Positions 61,433 through 64,000 of a stretch of DNA of 64,000 nucleotides are shown here, one piece after another (position 1 is the first letter of the stretch; every line of letters starts with the position of its first letter). The notes beneath the pieces are model-generated. The model did no database searches, had not been told where the DNA came from, and saw only the letters and a list, made by a program, of their open reading frames with translations. The stretch spans positions 99,666,730-99,730,729 of the forward strand of contig NC_057718.1 of assembly GCF_004010195.1 (NCBI RefSeq), written 5' to 3'. A program made the translations under genes and the position numbers. The DNA is from Chiloscyllium plagiosum (Eukaryota).

Positions 61433-62244
61433 AGTTAGTGCAGGAGTCTTTAGTGGATAAAACTTGGTAAAGTATTTCAGAGGAGCAGGGAAGAGTCAAT
61501 CACACTGCTGTGGGTCTGGAGTCACAAACTAGATAAAGCCTGGAGGTTTCCTTGCATGAAGGATTTTAGTAAGTCAGATAGGTTTTAGCAACAATCTGGC
61601 AGTTACCATTACGGACAGGAGCTTTTTATTACACATTTATTTAATTAGTCTCCCGGTGTTACCGAAAATGAATATTGCTGAAAAGAGTATCAAATCTTTT
61701 CATTTTGCACTTCAGGGTTGATGCACAGAGTACCAAATTTCAAAGGGAACTACAATTTATACTGAATGAGAGAGAGAGGTTGGCAAGTCGACTCTGATTA
61801 GTCGGCAAGTCGATTCTGATTGGACAAGGCATTGCCGCGGAAAATAAACCAAGCAACTATCGCACCCCCTACCCCCATTACCGCCAATGCGTTTGTTTAT
61901 TTCAGAGAAGATAGAAAGCAGAGATGTGTTTATTTCACGAAGCAAGTTTGAATCTTCAGTGCTTACGATGGGATTTGAAGCGATGTCACCAGATCATTAG
62001 TCCTCGCGATTACCGGCCAGTTGCACAATTATTAGGCTACCCTGTTTTATAAGGGAAGTTTTCTTGCAGTTTCAGGACACAGATTTTTGGCTCCAAAGCT
62101 CTCTGGGTACACAATGAGCTCTGGGTGAAATGAACAGCTCCATGGTTGTCTGTTTATGTCAATCAGGAACGGTCAGGTACAAAATGAGCAGAATTGCATG
62201 GAATACTATTTTGCTCAGTTTACTCGGTTTTGTTATTTCTTTAG

Positions 62245-62353
62245 GAGAACATCAAAGAACTGAAGAACAGATCCCTTGGGGAAATGAACACCGAAGAAGT
62301 TTGTGAGTGGGTCAGAGGGCTGGGACTGGAGAGGTGTATTCCTACAATCAAAG
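62245..62353 (+). CDS. Exon encoding the N-terminal half of a SAM domain (ENIKELKNRSLGEMNTEEVCEWVRGLGLERCIPTIK)
   Basis: Acceptor ttttgttatttctttAG and donor AAG|GTGACA, phase 0 to 1. EEVCEWVRGLGL matches the SAM helix 1-2 pattern. Confidence 0.85.
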
Positions 62354-62864
62354 GTGACATTCATGCTAAGAGCCTCTTTGGCCCAGTTTCAATAACACTT
62401 CATAAAGTGCTGTGCAAATTGTCCCTGCTTTTAGCACAGCTGTTTAATGTCTGTTGCTTCAGGTTTCCGTAATGCTTCCAGTTCTCAGCTCCACCACTAG
62501 ATCATGGGGAATACACACTATGTCAGGGGCCGCTGTACATTTTACTAAACATTTTCTGTAAATGGAGCCAGATGGTGACTCCTCTGGTGGTGCTGGTGAT
62601 ATGTTTCACTTCTGGTTCACCAGCAGCCACACGACCCTTCAAAATCCCGGCGTTACTCTCATTCCGGGCCCCTTGAGCATTCCACAGAGTTAAGTGTTCC
62701 TCCTCTGACATCCATGGGGTTGGAGACTGAGGGCCTGAGACCTGGAGTGATCTCCCTAAATCCGTCTGCCACTCTTCCCAATGAGCAGCTGCTGAAAGGG
62801 GAGCATGAGCGGGAGCCATATTGTTGTCAAGCTGGGTGTGTGGTCTGGTTGGCATGGCATCCCA

Positions 62865-63205
62865 ATGGTACAGTGGCTCAGTGGTTAGCCCTGTGGCCTC
62901 CCAGCGCCATGGACCCAGGTTCGACTCCAGCCTCGGGTGACTGTCTGTGTGGAGTTTGCACGTTCTCCCTGTGTCTGCGTGGGTTTCCTCCGGGTGCTCC
63001 GGTTTCCTCCCACAGTCCAAACAAGTGCAGGTTAGGGTGGATTGGCCGTGCTAAATCACCCATAGTGTATGGGTGGATTAGCCATGGGGAATGCAGGGTT
63101 ACAGAGACAGGGTACAGGGTTAGGTCTGGGCCAGATGCTGTTCAGAGGATAGGTGTAGACTGAATGGGTTGAATGGCCTGCTTTTGCACTGTAGGAATTC
63201 TATGA
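62865..63205 (+). mobile_element. HE1-type SINE in the intron between the SAM exons
   Basis: Head, core and tail. Confidence 0.88.
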
Positions 63206-63521
63206 TTAACTATTGGCGGGGGTGGGGGGGGTGCGTTTGGGGGTGGCGCGGTTGGGTGGGGATGAGAGTTCCTGCTTGCTTTGGTCTTATGGTGCCAGCT
63301 TGTCGGGCATTGGCAACTGAGCGGCGTCTCGGGCAGGACTGAGGGACCCCCCACCCCCCCAGCAGACCACCCCCCTGGTAGACCAGGCACCTTTCTGTGT
63401 GAGCCACAGCTGCTCCAGTGACATCCAAGGCTGGGGGAAGGGAGCCACCATTTCCTGTCGCGAGGGCTCTGCATCGACCTCTGATGTTTTAAACTGCACC
63501 TTTCCCCTTCTGCCACCCCAG

Positions 63522-63680
63522 AGAGCAAATTGCGAGGACAGCAGCTGGTGTCCATTGACCTGGACACTCTCGCCCATCTTCAGTTGGAAACCATTGAGGA
63601 GAAAGAGATTCTCCTGGCGTCCATTTACAAAGAGCTCCACCCAATGGACACAGGCAGCCAACGTCTTGATGATCTGCTCG
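63522..63680 (+). CDS. Exon encoding the C-terminal half of the SAM domain (ESKLRGQQLVSIDLDTLAHLQLETIEEKEILLASIYKELHPMDTGSQRLDDLL)
   Basis: Acceptor tttccccttctgccaccccAG and donor TCG|GTAAGA. 159 nt, phase 1 to 1. It continues the SAM pattern in frame with the previous exon and is absent from the ORF track. Confidence 0.85.
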
Positions 63681-64000
63681 GTAAGAACTGACTGGGTGCA
63701 GGGAAGTCACACCAAACCCTTAGCTCTTACTTTAGACAGGACTGAGGGCTTTAGGGTGGGATTCCTGTGGAGGAGTAGGGGTGAGAGGGGCAATTAGAGG
63801 CTGAATGGGGGAGAGAGAGAGTGAGAGCAAAACACTGGGCCGTTGATAGCAAGGAGCAAGTGTTGGTCATGTGGATGTCCGAGAGAAAAGGAGTGTTTGA
63901 AGATAGCAGACAGAGAAGGACAGAGTTCAGGAGACTTAAAGGGAGAAAGAATTGGCAGATAATCGGAATTTTTACCTTTACAACACATGCCACACTGTTA

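Noticed and set aside
61655..61960. Possible fifth hammerhead-bearing repeat (antisense CCTGAAGTGCAAAATGAAAAG)
   Set aside because: The core is too degenerate to support from this single copy.

Overview
Repeat-dense vertebrate genomic DNA, almost certainly from an elasmobranch (shark), judged by many HE1-type V-SINEs and their CR1/HER1-type LINE partner. One host gene can be built by hand on the + strand. Its phase-compatible exons are 31917-32736, 49037-49137, 62245-62353 and 63522-63680, with a possible extra exon at 34801-34878, and the gene continues past the window end. It encodes a disordered N-terminus followed by a SAM domain; I do not recognise a gene symbol. The rest is mostly retroelement debris: CR1 fragments, several tRNA-derived SINE families, Deu-domain SINE relics, a shattered Gypsy pol, a Gypsy gag-protease relic, a probable solo LTR, a Tigger/MER44-like MITE, a ~69-bp satellite and a 21-bp minisatellite. 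The most striking structure is more than 25 short Penelope-like insertions in four sequence-unrelated families. All four carry a minimal hammerhead ribozyme fold (CUGANGA, stem II, GAAA, 4-nt palindrome) with compensatory stems. Many sit as inverted arms with an unpaired tail of about 35 nt and 11-16 bp target-site duplications. Family names come from my recognition of motifs, not from database searches, and repeat boundaries are approximate.
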